From Tagaea sp. (lineage in GTDB: Bacteria > Pseudomonadota > Alphaproteobacteria > CACIAM-22H2), in NCBI GenBank assembly GCA_965279525.1, contig CBDIIB010000002.1, positions 384,001 through 448,000 on the forward strand: a DNA stretch of 64,000 nucleotides, given 5' to 3'. Below the pieces are notes generated by a model, which ran no database searches, had not been told where the DNA came from, and was given only the letters and a program-made list of their open reading frames with translations. Positions 10,200 to 19,544 of the stretch are shown here, piece by piece (position 1 is the stretch's first letter; each line of letters opens with the position of its first letter). Made by a program: the position numbers and the translations under genes.

Positions 10200-10939
10200 A
10201 GGCGGTACTGTCGGTCCGCAATCTCACGCGACGTTTCGGCGGGATCGTTGCCGTCGACGACGTGTCGTTCGACGTCCGTTCGGGCGAAATTCTGGGCCTG
10301 ATCGGTCCCAACGGGTCGGGCAAGTCGACGCTGTTCAATTGCATCCTTGGCCAGATCCCGCCCACTGCGGGCGAGGTGGAACTCGATGGCAAGTCGATAC
10401 TCGGTTTCGACCCGCCGCAACTCAACCGGCTCGGCGTCGGTCGCACGTTCCAGCTCCTCCAGGTGTTCCCTGAACTGACCGTCCGCGAGAACCTGATCCT
10501 AGCGGGTCAGGAGCATGTCGGGACGCTGATTTCGCGCCTGTTCGGCCGGCGTGACGCAGGTCTTGGAGACGAAGCCGACCGGATGATCGGCTTTTTCCGG
10601 CTCGGGCATCTTGCCGGAGAGCGCGCCGGCCGGCTTTCCTACGGCCAGCAGAAACTTCTCGACGCCGCGATGGCGTTCATGGCTACGCCCCGGCTCGTCC
10701 TGCTCGACGAACCTGCCGGCGGCGTCAACCCGACGATGCTGGAAGGTCTCAAGGAGCGGCTGGCGGCGTATAACCGCGAGATCGGTACGACGTTCGTCGT
10801 GATCGAGCACAACATGGATTTCGTGATGTCGCTGTGCTCGCGGGTGATCGTTCTGGCGGAAGGCCGCGTCATCGCCGAAGGACTTCCTGAAGATATCCGC
10901 CGCGATCCGCGCGTTATCGAAGCCTATCTGGGGGGATGA
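10196..10939 (+). CDS. livG: branched-chain amino acid-type ABC ATP-binding protein
   Basis: GTG start overlapping livM stop; GPNGSGKS, LSYGQQK, LLDEPAGG, VIEAYLG. Confidence 0.92.
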   Translation: MKAVLSVRNLTRRFGGIVAVDDVSFDVRSGEILGLIGPNGSGKSTLFNCILGQIPPTAGEVELDGKSILGFDPPQLNRLGVGRTFQLLQVFPELTVRENLILAGQEHVGTLISRLFGRRDAGLGDEADRMIGFFRLGHLAGERAGRLSYGQQKLLDAAMAFMATPRLVLLDEPAGGVNPTMLEGLKERLAAYNREIGTTFVVIEHNMDFVMSLCSRVIVLAEGRVIAEGLPEDIRRDPRVIEAYLGG

Positions 10940-11673
10940 GCATGCCCGGCATCCTGACCCTTGACAATGTCGTGGCCGGTTACGGACCGATCACGATCCT
11001 GCATGGCACCAGCTTCACCGTGCGCAAGGGCACCATCACGACGGTGATCGGCCCGAACGGTGCCGGCAAGTCGACCGTGTTCAAGTCCGTCTTTGGCCTG
11101 TTGCGCGTGCAGTCCGGGCGAATTCTCTTCGAGAACGAGGACGTGACGGGTCTCGACCCAGCCGGGCTTCTGGCGCGCGGCATCGTCTATGTGCCGCAGG
11201 GCCGCAACGTCTTTCCAGAGCTGTCGGTGCGCCACAATCTCGAATTGGGTGCTGTCGCGATAAAAGGGATCACGGATCTCGACGCCCGCGTCGAGGCGGC
11301 TATGGACCGCTTTCCGGTCCTGCGCCAGAAGGCCGATACCCAGGCTTCGACGCTTTCGGGCGGGCAGCAGAAGATACTCGAAGTGGCGCGCGGCCTGCTG
11401 CTCGACCCCAGGCTCGTGCTCATCGACGAGCCATCGATCGGCCTGTCGCCGCTGATGGTCCAGGAGGTCTTTGCCATCCTGCGGGGGTTGCGCGATCGTG
11501 GCGTGACGATCCTGCTGATCGAGCAGAACGCCAAGAGCGCGCTTGCGATTTCCGATGACGGGATCGTCCTGGAACAGGGGCGCACGCGGATGCATGACAG
11601 TGCGGCTGCACTGCTCGCCGATCCACGCGTGGGTCAGCTATTCTTGGGTGGCGCGCTGGCCGAGACGAGCTGA
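10936..11673 (+). CDS. livF: branched-chain amino acid-type ABC ATP-binding protein
   Basis: GPNGAGKS, LSGGQQK, IDEPSIGLSP, IEQNA. Confidence 0.92.
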   Translation: MSMPGILTLDNVVAGYGPITILHGTSFTVRKGTITTVIGPNGAGKSTVFKSVFGLLRVQSGRILFENEDVTGLDPAGLLARGIVYVPQGRNVFPELSVRHNLELGAVAIKGITDLDARVEAAMDRFPVLRQKADTQASTLSGGQQKILEVARGLLLDPRLVLIDEPSIGLSPLMVQEVFAILRGLRDRGVTILLIEQNAKSALAISDDGIVLEQGRTRMHDSAAALLADPRVGQLFLGGALAETS

Positions 11674-12582
11674 AGATTCTGCGGGCGACTTGCGCACCAC
11701 GCCGTGCATCTCGCGTCGGAGCAGCTCGATGAAATTGCGCGCGAATGTCGTCGCTGGGCGGCCCGCCTTCGTCGCGACATAGGTCTGGAAGGTCGTCGGC
11801 TCCTCGATGCGCAGCACCTTCACGCCCGGAACCCCGTCATGTGCGATCGTGAACTGGTCGATGACCGCGATCCCGAGACCCGCCTTGACCAGGGCGCAGA
11901 CCGTCGTGCCGAAGCGGGCCTTGATCGGAATCTCGTATGTCAGGCGCTGGCGCTCGAATATCTCGGCCATGATACCGCCATAGGGATCGGCCGGATCGAT
12001 GCCGATCAGCGGATGGCGGACGATCTCGGCCGCCGAGATCGACTTGCGGCGTGCCAGCACGTGATCCAGGGGAACGATACAAAAGAGCTCGCCTGTCGCG
12101 AGGGGTTCGAACTCCACGCTCGGGTGATCGAACCGATAGCTCATGGCTACGACATCGCCCTTGTCGAGAAGGAGATAGTCGATCGCCTCCTCGATCTTCA
12201 GGATGTTGATGTCGATCAGGAGGTTCGCGTACTTCCGGCGAACCTGCTGGATCGCGCGAGGGACCATGACGTTCGCGATGCTCGGCACCGAGCCGATGCG
12301 CAGCCACTGGGAGCGGCCGCGTTTGACGTTCGCGATGGTGAATTGGAGATCCTCGACTTTCTTGAACGTGGCATTGATCTGCTCGAAGATGGCGTTGGCG
12401 ACGGGTGCGGGCGTGTAACGGCCGCTGCGACGGTCGAATAGCCGCAGGCCGATCGCCTGTTCGGTGTATTTCATCAGCCGGCTGATGCCGGGTGCCGACA
12501 CGTTGAGCAGGCGAGCGGCACCGACGATCGTGCCGGTGACCATGATGGCGCGGATGACCTCGATCTGGCGCAGCGTCAGCAA
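11638..12582 (-). CDS. LysR-family transcriptional regulator
   Basis: N-terminal HTH LRQIEVIRAIMVTGTIVGAARLLNVSAPGISR...LFDR; TTG start with GAGGGGG SD; divergent from quiC. Confidence 0.93.
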   Translation of the reverse strand: MLTLRQIEVIRAIMVTGTIVGAARLLNVSAPGISRLMKYTEQAIGLRLFDRRSGRYTPAPVANAIFEQINATFKKVEDLQFTIANVKRGRSQWLRIGSVPSIANVMVPRAIQQVRRKYANLLIDINILKIEEAIDYLLLDKGDVVAMSYRFDHPSVEFEPLATGELFCIVPLDHVLARRKSISAAEIVRHPLIGIDPADPYGGIMAEIFERQRLTYEIPIKARFGTTVCALVKAGLGIAVIDQFTIAHDGVPGVKVLRIEEPTTFQTYVATKAGRPATTFARNFIELLRREMHGVVRKSPAESSARLGQRATQE

Positions 12583-12610
12583 CGGTTTCCCCCTCTTGTG
12601 GCGCCCGAAA

Positions 12611-12656
12611 ATAACTTGATGTCACGGATATGGCAATTCTTGGTATTGGACGTTAC
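12611..12656 (+). promoter_or_regulatory. putative LysR-binding region (copy 2)
   Basis: ATAAC-TTGAT-GTCAC... in the lysR/quiC divergent spacer; aligns with 6966-7010. Confidence 0.5.
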
Positions 12657-12702
12657 TTTCTGTTCCGCGCGATGCTCCGTCGTTCCGGCCCGGAGGATTT
12701 CG

Positions 12703-14583
12703 ATGCAGACAGCGATCGCAACCGTATGCCTCAGCGGCACGCTCGACGAAAAGCTGACTGCGATTGCCGGTGCACGTTTCCGCGGCGTCGAGATCTTCGA
12801 GAATGACCTGTTGTCCTTCAACGGCTCGCCGCGCGACGTGCGCACGATGGTCGCGGATCTTGGACTGGAAACCGTCGCTTTCCAGCCGTTCCGCGATTTC
12901 GAGGGAATGCCCGAGCCCAAGCGCGCGCGCGTTTTCGCGCGCGCCGAGCGCAAGTTCGACGTGATGGCGGAACTTGGCTGCGACCTGCTCATGGTGTGCA
13001 GCAACGTGTCGCCCGACGCACTGGGGGGTATCGAGCGGGCGGCCGCCGATTTCCATGAGCTGGGCGAGCGTGCGGCCAAGCGCGGCATGCGAGTGGCCTT
13101 CGAGGCGCTTGCCTGGGGCCGGCATATCAACGACTACCGCGACTCGTGGGAAGTCGTGCGCCGGGCGGCCCATCCGAATGTCGGGCTCGTCCTCGACAGT
13201 TTCCACATCCTTGCCCGAGGCACCGACCTGTCGACGATCCGTTCGGTCCCGAAGGACCGGATTTTTCTCGTCCAGATGGCGGATGCGCCGAAGCTGGAGA
13301 TGGATTTCCTGTCGTGGAGCCGGCACTACCGCTGCTTCCCCGGGCAGGGCGATCTTCCGGTCGACGCATTCATGGATGCGCTGCAGGCCACCGGATTCGA
13401 CGGGCTTCTTTCGCTCGAAATCTTCAATGACCGCTTCCGCGCCGGATCGGCGCGCAGCGTGGCGATCGACGGGCAGCGTGCACTCGTCCAGATGCTCGAC
13501 CAGATGCGCCGGCGCAGCGGCATCGCCATCCCCGGTCTGCCGGAACTGCCGCCGCGCGCCAACTGCAAGGGGATCGAGTTCGTCGAATTCGCCATCGACG
13601 AGGGCACGGCGCCGGCCTTCGAGACGCTGCTGCGCGGGCTCGGATTCGCAAAGGCAGGGACGCACCGGTCGAAGGCAGTGACGCGCTGGCGTCAGGGCGA
13701 TGCGAACATCGTCGTGAACTGCGAGAGCGAGGGATTCGCGCATTCGTTCCAACTCGTCCACGGGCCGTCGGTCTGCGCGATGGCGCTGCGCGTCGACGAC
13801 GCCGGGGCAACGGTCGAACGCGCCCTGAAACTGCTCGACAGCCCGTTCGAGCAGGCGGTCGGACCGGGCGAGCTCAATATTCCCGCCGTCCGGGGCCTCG
13901 GCGGCAGTCTCGTGCACTTCATCGACGAGCGTGGCGGCCTGTCGCGCCTGTGGGATGTCGATTTCGAGAAGGTCGAGGCGCCCGCCGCGCCGGACGCCGG
14001 TATCGTCGGCTTCGACCATGTCTCGCAGTCCATGCAGTACGAAGAAGTGCTGACGTGGCTGCTTTTCTACACGTCGCTGTTCGAGACCCGCCGCACGCCG
14101 ACGCAGGCCGTCGTCGACCCCGGCGGCGTCGTGCAGAGCCAGGCGATCGAATCGATGGGCGGCGAGCTGCGCCTGATCCTGAACTCGTCGCAGAGCCGCC
14201 AGACGCAGGCCGCTCGCTTCCTTACCGAGAAATTCGGGTCCGGCGTGCAGCACATCGCTTTCGCCAGCGCCGACATCTTCGCGACCGTCGAACGTCTGCG
14301 CGCGAACGGCGTTGCGATCCTCAAGATCCCTGAAAACTACTACGACGATCTCGAGTCACGCACCGATCTGGGCGAATCCGAGATCGACCGCCTGCGCGCG
14401 AACGACATCCTCTACGACCGCGACGGCACGAGCGAATTCTACCAGTTCTACACGACGGTCCTCGAAGGGGGATTCTTCTTCGAGATCGTCGAGCGCCGCG
14501 GCTATTCGGGCTACGGCGCCGCGAATGCCCCGATCCGCCTCGCCGCGCAGTCGCGCGCCTTCGTCCACCCGGAGTTCGAATGA
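12703..14583 (+). CDS. quiC: 3-dehydroshikimate dehydratase, QuiC1-type (AP-endonuclease-2 TIM barrel fused to HPPD-like domain)
   Basis: GVEIFENDL, FEALAWG, LDSFH, SRHYRCFPGQG, SLEIFND; C-terminal GVQHIAF, FFFEIVERRGY, YGAANA; GGAGG SD. Confidence 0.88.
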   Translation: MQTAIATVCLSGTLDEKLTAIAGARFRGVEIFENDLLSFNGSPRDVRTMVADLGLETVAFQPFRDFEGMPEPKRARVFARAERKFDVMAELGCDLLMVCSNVSPDALGGIERAAADFHELGERAAKRGMRVAFEALAWGRHINDYRDSWEVVRRAAHPNVGLVLDSFHILARGTDLSTIRSVPKDRIFLVQMADAPKLEMDFLSWSRHYRCFPGQGDLPVDAFMDALQATGFDGLLSLEIFNDRFRAGSARSVAIDGQRALVQMLDQMRRRSGIAIPGLPELPPRANCKGIEFVEFAIDEGTAPAFETLLRGLGFAKAGTHRSKAVTRWRQGDANIVVNCESEGFAHSFQLVHGPSVCAMALRVDDAGATVERALKLLDSPFEQAVGPGELNIPAVRGLGGSLVHFIDERGGLSRLWDVDFEKVEAPAAPDAGIVGFDHVSQSMQYEEVLTWLLFYTSLFETRRTPTQAVVDPGGVVQSQAIESMGGELRLILNSSQSRQTQAARFLTEKFGSGVQHIAFASADIFATVERLRANGVAILKIPENYYDDLESRTDLGESEIDRLRANDILYDRDGTSEFYQFYTTVLEGGFFFEIVERRGYSGYGAANAPIRLAAQSRAFVHPEFE

Positions 14584-15410
14584 CCACGCCCTGCATCATC
14601 ACGGTGGCGATCACGGGATCGCTGCCGCAGAAGAAGAACAATCCGGCGGTTCCGATCACGATCCCGGAGCAGGTCGAATCGACCCACGCGGCGTTCGAGG
14701 CCGGAGCCACGCTGGCGCACTGCCACGTGCGCAACGACGACGGCACGCCGACTTCGGATCCCGAGCGGTTCGCACGCCTCGTCGAGGGACTGCGCAAGCA
14801 CTGCCCGGGCCTGATCGTCCAGCTCTCCACCGGTGGGCGCTCGGGTGCGGGCAAGGAACGCGGCGGCATGCTGGGCACGAAGCCCGACATGGCTTCCCTT
14901 GCCACCGGCTCGGTCAATTTCCCGACGCGCGTCTACGACAACAGCCCGGACCTGGTCGAATGGCTGGCGGGCGAGATGAAGCGGCTGGGCATCAAGCCGG
15001 AGGTCGAGGCCTTCGACCTGTCGATGGTGTTCAAGGCCGCCGAGATGGGGAAATCGGGCCAGATCGTCGGACCGCTGCACGTGCAGTTCGTCATGGGCGT
15101 CAAGAACGCGATGCCGGTCGACCGGCCGGCGTTCGAGTTCTACGTGGCGACGTTGAAGCGCCTGGCTCCCGACGCGACGTGGACGGGTGCCGGCATCGGG
15201 CGCGACCAATTGACGCTGAACCGCTGGAGCCTCGAACTGGGCGGGCACTGCCGCACCGGTCTGGAAGACAATATCCGGATGGACGAGAGCACGCTGGCGC
15301 CTTCGAACGCGGCCCTGGTCGCGCGCGTGGCGACGCTCTGCGCGGAATACGGCAGGCGGCCCGCAACGGCCACCGAAGCGCGCGCCATTCTCGGGCTCGC
15401 CAGCGTCTAG
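14580..15410 (+). CDS. beta-keto acid cleavage enzyme (BKACE/DUF849, Kce family)
   Basis: IITVAITG, AFEAGATLAHCHVR, STGG, RTGLEDN; ATGA overlap with quiC. Confidence 0.9.
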   Translation: MTTPCIITVAITGSLPQKKNNPAVPITIPEQVESTHAAFEAGATLAHCHVRNDDGTPTSDPERFARLVEGLRKHCPGLIVQLSTGGRSGAGKERGGMLGTKPDMASLATGSVNFPTRVYDNSPDLVEWLAGEMKRLGIKPEVEAFDLSMVFKAAEMGKSGQIVGPLHVQFVMGVKNAMPVDRPAFEFYVATLKRLAPDATWTGAGIGRDQLTLNRWSLELGGHCRTGLEDNIRMDESTLAPSNAALVARVATLCAEYGRRPATATEARAILGLASV

Positions 15411-15425
15411 ACGAAGCGGGAGGGA

Positions 15426-16154
15426 ATGACGATGGAGACTGGCGAATTCTACCGCCGCGACCGAGCATGGCATCCACCGGGGTTTTCGCCCGGATACAGG
15501 TCGACCGCCCTGCGCAGTCCGCAAAGGGCGCTTTTGTCGCTGCCGCCTTCGCCGGTCGACCTGTCGGGGCCGGTTTTCGGACACGACATGCTCGATCCGC
15601 TCGATCATGACCTCATCTCGAATTTCGGTACCGGCGCCGAGGCGATCGGCGAACGCATCGTCGTGCACGGGCGCGTCAGCGACCAGAACGGCCGGCCGGT
15701 GCCTGGCGCGCTGATCGAGATCTGGCAGGCCAATGCCGGTGGACGCTACAGGCACGTGCGCGATGGCTATGTCGCACCGCTGGATCCGAATTTCGGCGGA
15801 TGTGGCCGGGTTCTCAGCGATTCCGACGGGCGTTATGCGTTCCGTACGGTCCGGCCCGGGCCATACCCATTCCGCAACAACGGCTCGGACTGGCGGCCGG
15901 CGCATATCCACCTGTCGCTCTTCGGGCAGGCCTTCGCGCAGCGCCTGATCACGCAGTTCTACTTCGAGGGCGACCCGCTGATCGCGAAATGCCCGATCGT
16001 CAACACGATCGCCGACAAGGCCGCGATCGAGATGCTGGTCGCAAGGCTCGATCTGGAAAACCAGGGGCCGTTCGACCATCTGACCTACCGGTTCGACATC
16101 GTCCTTCGTGGCCGACGCTCGACGTTCTTCGAGAACCGCCTGGAGGGCAACTGA
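15426..16154 (+). CDS. pcaH: protocatechuate 3,4-dioxygenase beta subunit
   Basis: EIWQANAGGRYRH, DPNFGGCGR, PGPYP, WRPAHIH, RLITQFYFEGDP. Confidence 0.95.
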   Translation: MTMETGEFYRRDRAWHPPGFSPGYRSTALRSPQRALLSLPPSPVDLSGPVFGHDMLDPLDHDLISNFGTGAEAIGERIVVHGRVSDQNGRPVPGALIEIWQANAGGRYRHVRDGYVAPLDPNFGGCGRVLSDSDGRYAFRTVRPGPYPFRNNGSDWRPAHIHLSLFGQAFAQRLITQFYFEGDPLIAKCPIVNTIADKAAIEMLVARLDLENQGPFDHLTYRFDIVLRGRRSTFFENRLEGN

Positions 16155-16155
16155 C

Positions 16156-16725
16156 ATGCCGGTCGAGCCGCTGAAGGAAACCCCGTCGCAGACGGCCGGT
16201 CCTTACGTCCATATCGGTACCTGGCCATCGGTCGCCGGCCTCGCCGTGCGGACGCAGGAAAAGCCCAACGTACTGGTCGGTTCCGCCGCGAAGGGCGAAC
16301 GCATCCGGATCGAAGGCGTCGTACGCGACGGTGCGGGCTCGATCGTGACGGATGCCATGCTTGAGATCTGGCAGGCGGACGCTGGCGGAAAACTGCCCGG
16401 CCTGTGGGGGCGCGCGGTCAGCGACTTCCAGACCGGCGAATGGTTCTTCGAGACGGTCAAGCCTGGTGTCGTGCAGGCGAAGGCCGAAGCGCCTTGCGTG
16501 ACGGTGCTGGTGTTCGCGCGCGGCATCAACATCCACCTTCACACGCGGATGTACTTTTCCGACGAGGCGGCCGCGAACGCGACCGACCCGACGCTCAAAG
16601 CCGTCGCGGAGCCGCATCTCCAGAAGACCCTGATTGCCGCCCGTACGACGCGCGACGGCCAGATCGTCTACCGTTTCGACATCCGTCTGCAGGGCGAAGG
16701 CGAGACGGTCTTCTTCGACGTCTAG
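16156..16725 (+). CDS. pcaG: protocatechuate 3,4-dioxygenase alpha subunit
   Basis: ETPSQTAGPYVHIG, FARGINIHLHTRMYF, FDIRLQGEGETVFFDV. Confidence 0.95.
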   Translation: MPVEPLKETPSQTAGPYVHIGTWPSVAGLAVRTQEKPNVLVGSAAKGERIRIEGVVRDGAGSIVTDAMLEIWQADAGGKLPGLWGRAVSDFQTGEWFFETVKPGVVQAKAEAPCVTVLVFARGINIHLHTRMYFSDEAAANATDPTLKAVAEPHLQKTLIAARTTRDGQIVYRFDIRLQGEGETVFFDV

Positions 16726-17969
16726 GCCGCCATTGCGCGCGACGGCTGGCGCGGCAGGAACGCCGTCAGCAGTCCGATCGCGGGCAGGAACGAGCAGATG
16801 AGATAGACCGTCTCGATGCTCGTATAGTCGGCAATACGGCCGATCGCCGCCGCTCCCAGTCCGCCGAGACCGAAAGAGAAACCGAAAAACAGGCCCGCGA
16901 CCATGCCCACGCGGCCGGGCATCAGCTCCTGCGCGTAGACAAGAATCGCCGAGAAGGCCGAGGACATCATCAGGCCGATGACGAGCGACAGGACGAGCGT
17001 GACTGGCAACCCGGCATAGGGCATCGCCAGCGTGAACGGCAGGGGGCCGAGGATGGAGAACCAGATGATCGGGATCCGCCCGACCTTGTCGCCGATCCAG
17101 CCGCCGGCGAGCGTGCCAAGTGCGAGCGACGTCAGGAACGCGAACAGGGCGATCTGCGCGAACTGGACGGATACCTCGAACTTGTGGATCAGGTAAAACG
17201 TGTAATAGGACGTCAGGCTCGCGGTGTAGAAGGTCTTCGAGAACAGCAGAGCGACGAGGACCGCGACCGCGAGAATCACCTGATTCCTCGGCAGCGGAAG
17301 GCTCGGGGCCACCTTTCTGGCGCGCGGGCCGGCGACGGCGCCCGCTCGGCGGCGCTCGGCGTACCACCGGCCGACGGCAAACAGGATCGACATCGCGACG
17401 AAAGCAGCGGCCGAGAACCAGATGATGCTGCCCTGGCCCTGCGGCACGATGATGAATGCCGCAAGCAGGGGACCGATCGCGGAACCGGTGTTGCCGCCGA
17501 CCTGAAACAGCGACTGGGCAAGCCCGTGCCGCCCGCCGGATGCAAGGCGCGCGACGCGCGAGGCCTCAGGGTGGAAGACGGCCGAGCCGACGCCGATCAG
17601 GGCGGCTGCCGCAAGGATCGACGGATAGCTCGATGCCTGCGACATCATCACGAGTCCGCAGAGCGTGAATCCCATGCCGATGGCCAGCGAATAGGGCATC
17701 GGCCGGCGATCCGTGGTGAACCCGACGATCGGCTGCAGCATCGAGGCCGTGCATTGGAAGGCGAGCGTGATGAGGCCGATCTGCGCGTAGTCGAGCGCGT
17801 ACGATTCCTTGAGGATCGGATAGATCGCCGGCACCATCGACTGCATCATGTCGTTGAGCATGTGGCAGAAGCTGAGCGAGAAGATGACGGCGAATGCGGA
17901 ATCATCGGCCGCAGCCGAGCGTGCATCTTCAGTCTTCGGGGCGGGAGCGGTCACGGCGTCGTCGGGCAT
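16722..17969 (-). CDS. MFS transporter, Fsr (fosmidomycin-resistance) type
   Basis: HMLNDMMQS, FHPEASRVARLASGGRHGLAQSLFQVGGN, AQELMPGRVG. Confidence 0.88.
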   Translation of the reverse strand: MPDDAVTAPAPKTEDARSAAADDSAFAVIFSLSFCHMLNDMMQSMVPAIYPILKESYALDYAQIGLITLAFQCTASMLQPIVGFTTDRRPMPYSLAIGMGFTLCGLVMMSQASSYPSILAAAALIGVGSAVFHPEASRVARLASGGRHGLAQSLFQVGGNTGSAIGPLLAAFIIVPQGQGSIIWFSAAAFVAMSILFAVGRWYAERRRAGAVAGPRARKVAPSLPLPRNQVILAVAVLVALLFSKTFYTASLTSYYTFYLIHKFEVSVQFAQIALFAFLTSLALGTLAGGWIGDKVGRIPIIWFSILGPLPFTLAMPYAGLPVTLVLSLVIGLMMSSAFSAILVYAQELMPGRVGMVAGLFFGFSFGLGGLGAAAIGRIADYTSIETVYLICSFLPAIGLLTAFLPRQPSRAMAA

Positions 17970-17992
17970 CGCGGAATCCTCGAAGGTGCGGT

Positions 17993-18730
17993 TCAGGCGC
18001 CGTGGCGCATGCGGGTCGAGACGATCTGGCCGGTCATGAAGCGGCCGGCAGTGCCGGCGAGAAATAGCACGATCTCGGCGATCTCCTCGGGCAAACTGTG
18101 CGTTCCGAGCACGTCCAGCGCCTGTTTTTCCTGCCATTGCGGATTGCCCCCGCGGGCAAGCGGCGTATCGGTCATGCCCGGATTGATGCCGTTCACGGTC
18201 ACGCCGTACTTGCCCATGTTGAGCGCAAGGCTCTTGGCGAGCGCGATCATGCCCCCCTTGGCGGCGGCGTAGTGCGCGAAATCAATGCTGCCGTGCACGC
18301 CACGATCGGACGTCATGAGGATCATCGTTCCGGATCGCTGGTCCGCCATGACCCGGGCCACATCGCGCGTGACGTAGAACGTCCCGTCGAGATTGATCCG
18401 CATCACGTGCCGCCACTGTTCGTCGGTCATCTCGAGCAGCGGATTCTTCGGGTAGATCCCGGCGGCGTGCAGCAGGATGTCGATCCGTCCGAAGGTCGAT
18501 CGTACATCCTCGACGAGCCGGGCGACCTGTGCCGAGTCGCCGACATCGAGTTCGTGGGCGCGTGCGGTCCCCTGTCGGTCGGATATCTCGGCCGCAGCCG
18601 CCTCGGCCGCAGGTCCGTTCCGGTCGGCGAGGACCACGTTTGCGCCGTTCCGCGCGAGCAGTCGCGCCGACGCCAGGCCGATGCCGGACGCGCCGCCCGT
18701 CACGATCGCGGTCTTTCCGGTCAGGCTCAT
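17993..18730 (-). CDS. SDR-family oxidoreductase
   Basis: TGGASGIG, YAAAK, VNGINPG; AAGGA SD. Confidence 0.92.
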   Translation of the reverse strand: MSLTGKTAIVTGGASGIGLASARLLARNGANVVLADRNGPAAEAAAAEISDRQGTARAHELDVGDSAQVARLVEDVRSTFGRIDILLHAAGIYPKNPLLEMTDEQWRHVMRINLDGTFYVTRDVARVMADQRSGTMILMTSDRGVHGSIDFAHYAAAKGGMIALAKSLALNMGKYGVTVNGINPGMTDTPLARGGNPQWQEKQALDVLGTHSLPEEIAEIVLFLAGTAGRFMTGQIVSTRMRHGA

Positions 18731-18744
18731 GCTTGATTCCTTTT

Positions 18745-19527
18745 TCATGTGCCGGCCAGCCAGGCGCCGTCGATGGCGATCGGCGTTCCCGTCATGTCAC
18801 CGGCGTCATCGCTGCAAAGGAAGGCGGCAAGTGCCCCGACCTTCTCGGGTGCCACCAGTCGCCGCGACGGCTGGTGGCCGATCCAGAACGCGTCCAGCGT
18901 CTCTTCCATCGTCTTTCCCGACGCGGCGCTGCGCTCGGCAAGGACCTTGCGCATGTTCGGCGTGTCGACCGCACCGGGGCAGAGCGCGTTGCAGGTGACG
19001 TTGTACGCGATTCCTTCCAGCGCCACCGTGCGCGTCAGGCCGACTAGGCCGTGCTTGGTGGCGCAGTAGTCGACGCGCCGGGGGGTGCCGATCACGCCAT
19101 AGGTCGAGGCAAGATTGATGATTCGGCCCCATCGGCGCGACTTCATGCCCGCCATTGTCAGGCGGATGAGGTGGAACGGTGCCGAAAGGTTGACGGCGAT
19201 CGCGTAGTCCCATTTGTCGGCGGGAAAATTTTCGATTTCGGCCGAGTGTCGCGTAACCGCGTTGTTGACGAGGATGTCGATGGTGCCGAAGCGGCGCTCC
19301 GTGGCGGAAACCATCTCCTCGATCTGTGCCGGCTTCGAGATGTCGGCGCCGTGATAGTCGGCCTCGCCCCCATGTCGCCGCAGGGCCCGCGTGCGCTCGC
19401 CGACCAGCTCGGCCGGGCCGAAGCCGTTGAGCATGATGCTGGCGCCCTTCGCGGCAAGCGCGTCGGCGATCGCGAACCCGATCCCGTCGAGTGAACCCGT
19501 GATAAGTGCCGTGCGGCCCTTGAGCAT
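18745..19527 (-). CDS. SDR oxidoreductase, 3-hydroxybutyrate dehydrogenase-like
   Basis: MLKGRTALITGSLDGIG, IMLNGFG, YCATKHGL, CNALCPG. Confidence 0.85.
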   Translation of the reverse strand: MLKGRTALITGSLDGIGFAIADALAAKGASIMLNGFGPAELVGERTRALRRHGGEADYHGADISKPAQIEEMVSATERRFGTIDILVNNAVTRHSAEIENFPADKWDYAIAVNLSAPFHLIRLTMAGMKSRRWGRIINLASTYGVIGTPRRVDYCATKHGLVGLTRTVALEGIAYNVTCNALCPGAVDTPNMRKVLAERSAASGKTMEETLDAFWIGHQPSRRLVAPEKVGALAAFLCSDDAGDMTGTPIAIDGAWLAGT

Positions 19528-19544
19528 CGATATGTCTTTCCGGT

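Noticed and set aside
12703-14583. Novel isomerase-HPPD fusion
   Set aside because: This architecture is the known QuiC1-type dehydroshikimate dehydratase
16722-17969. Acquired antibiotic-resistance gene
   Set aside because: Fsr-type MFS genes are common chromosomal genes; no mobility signatures nearby
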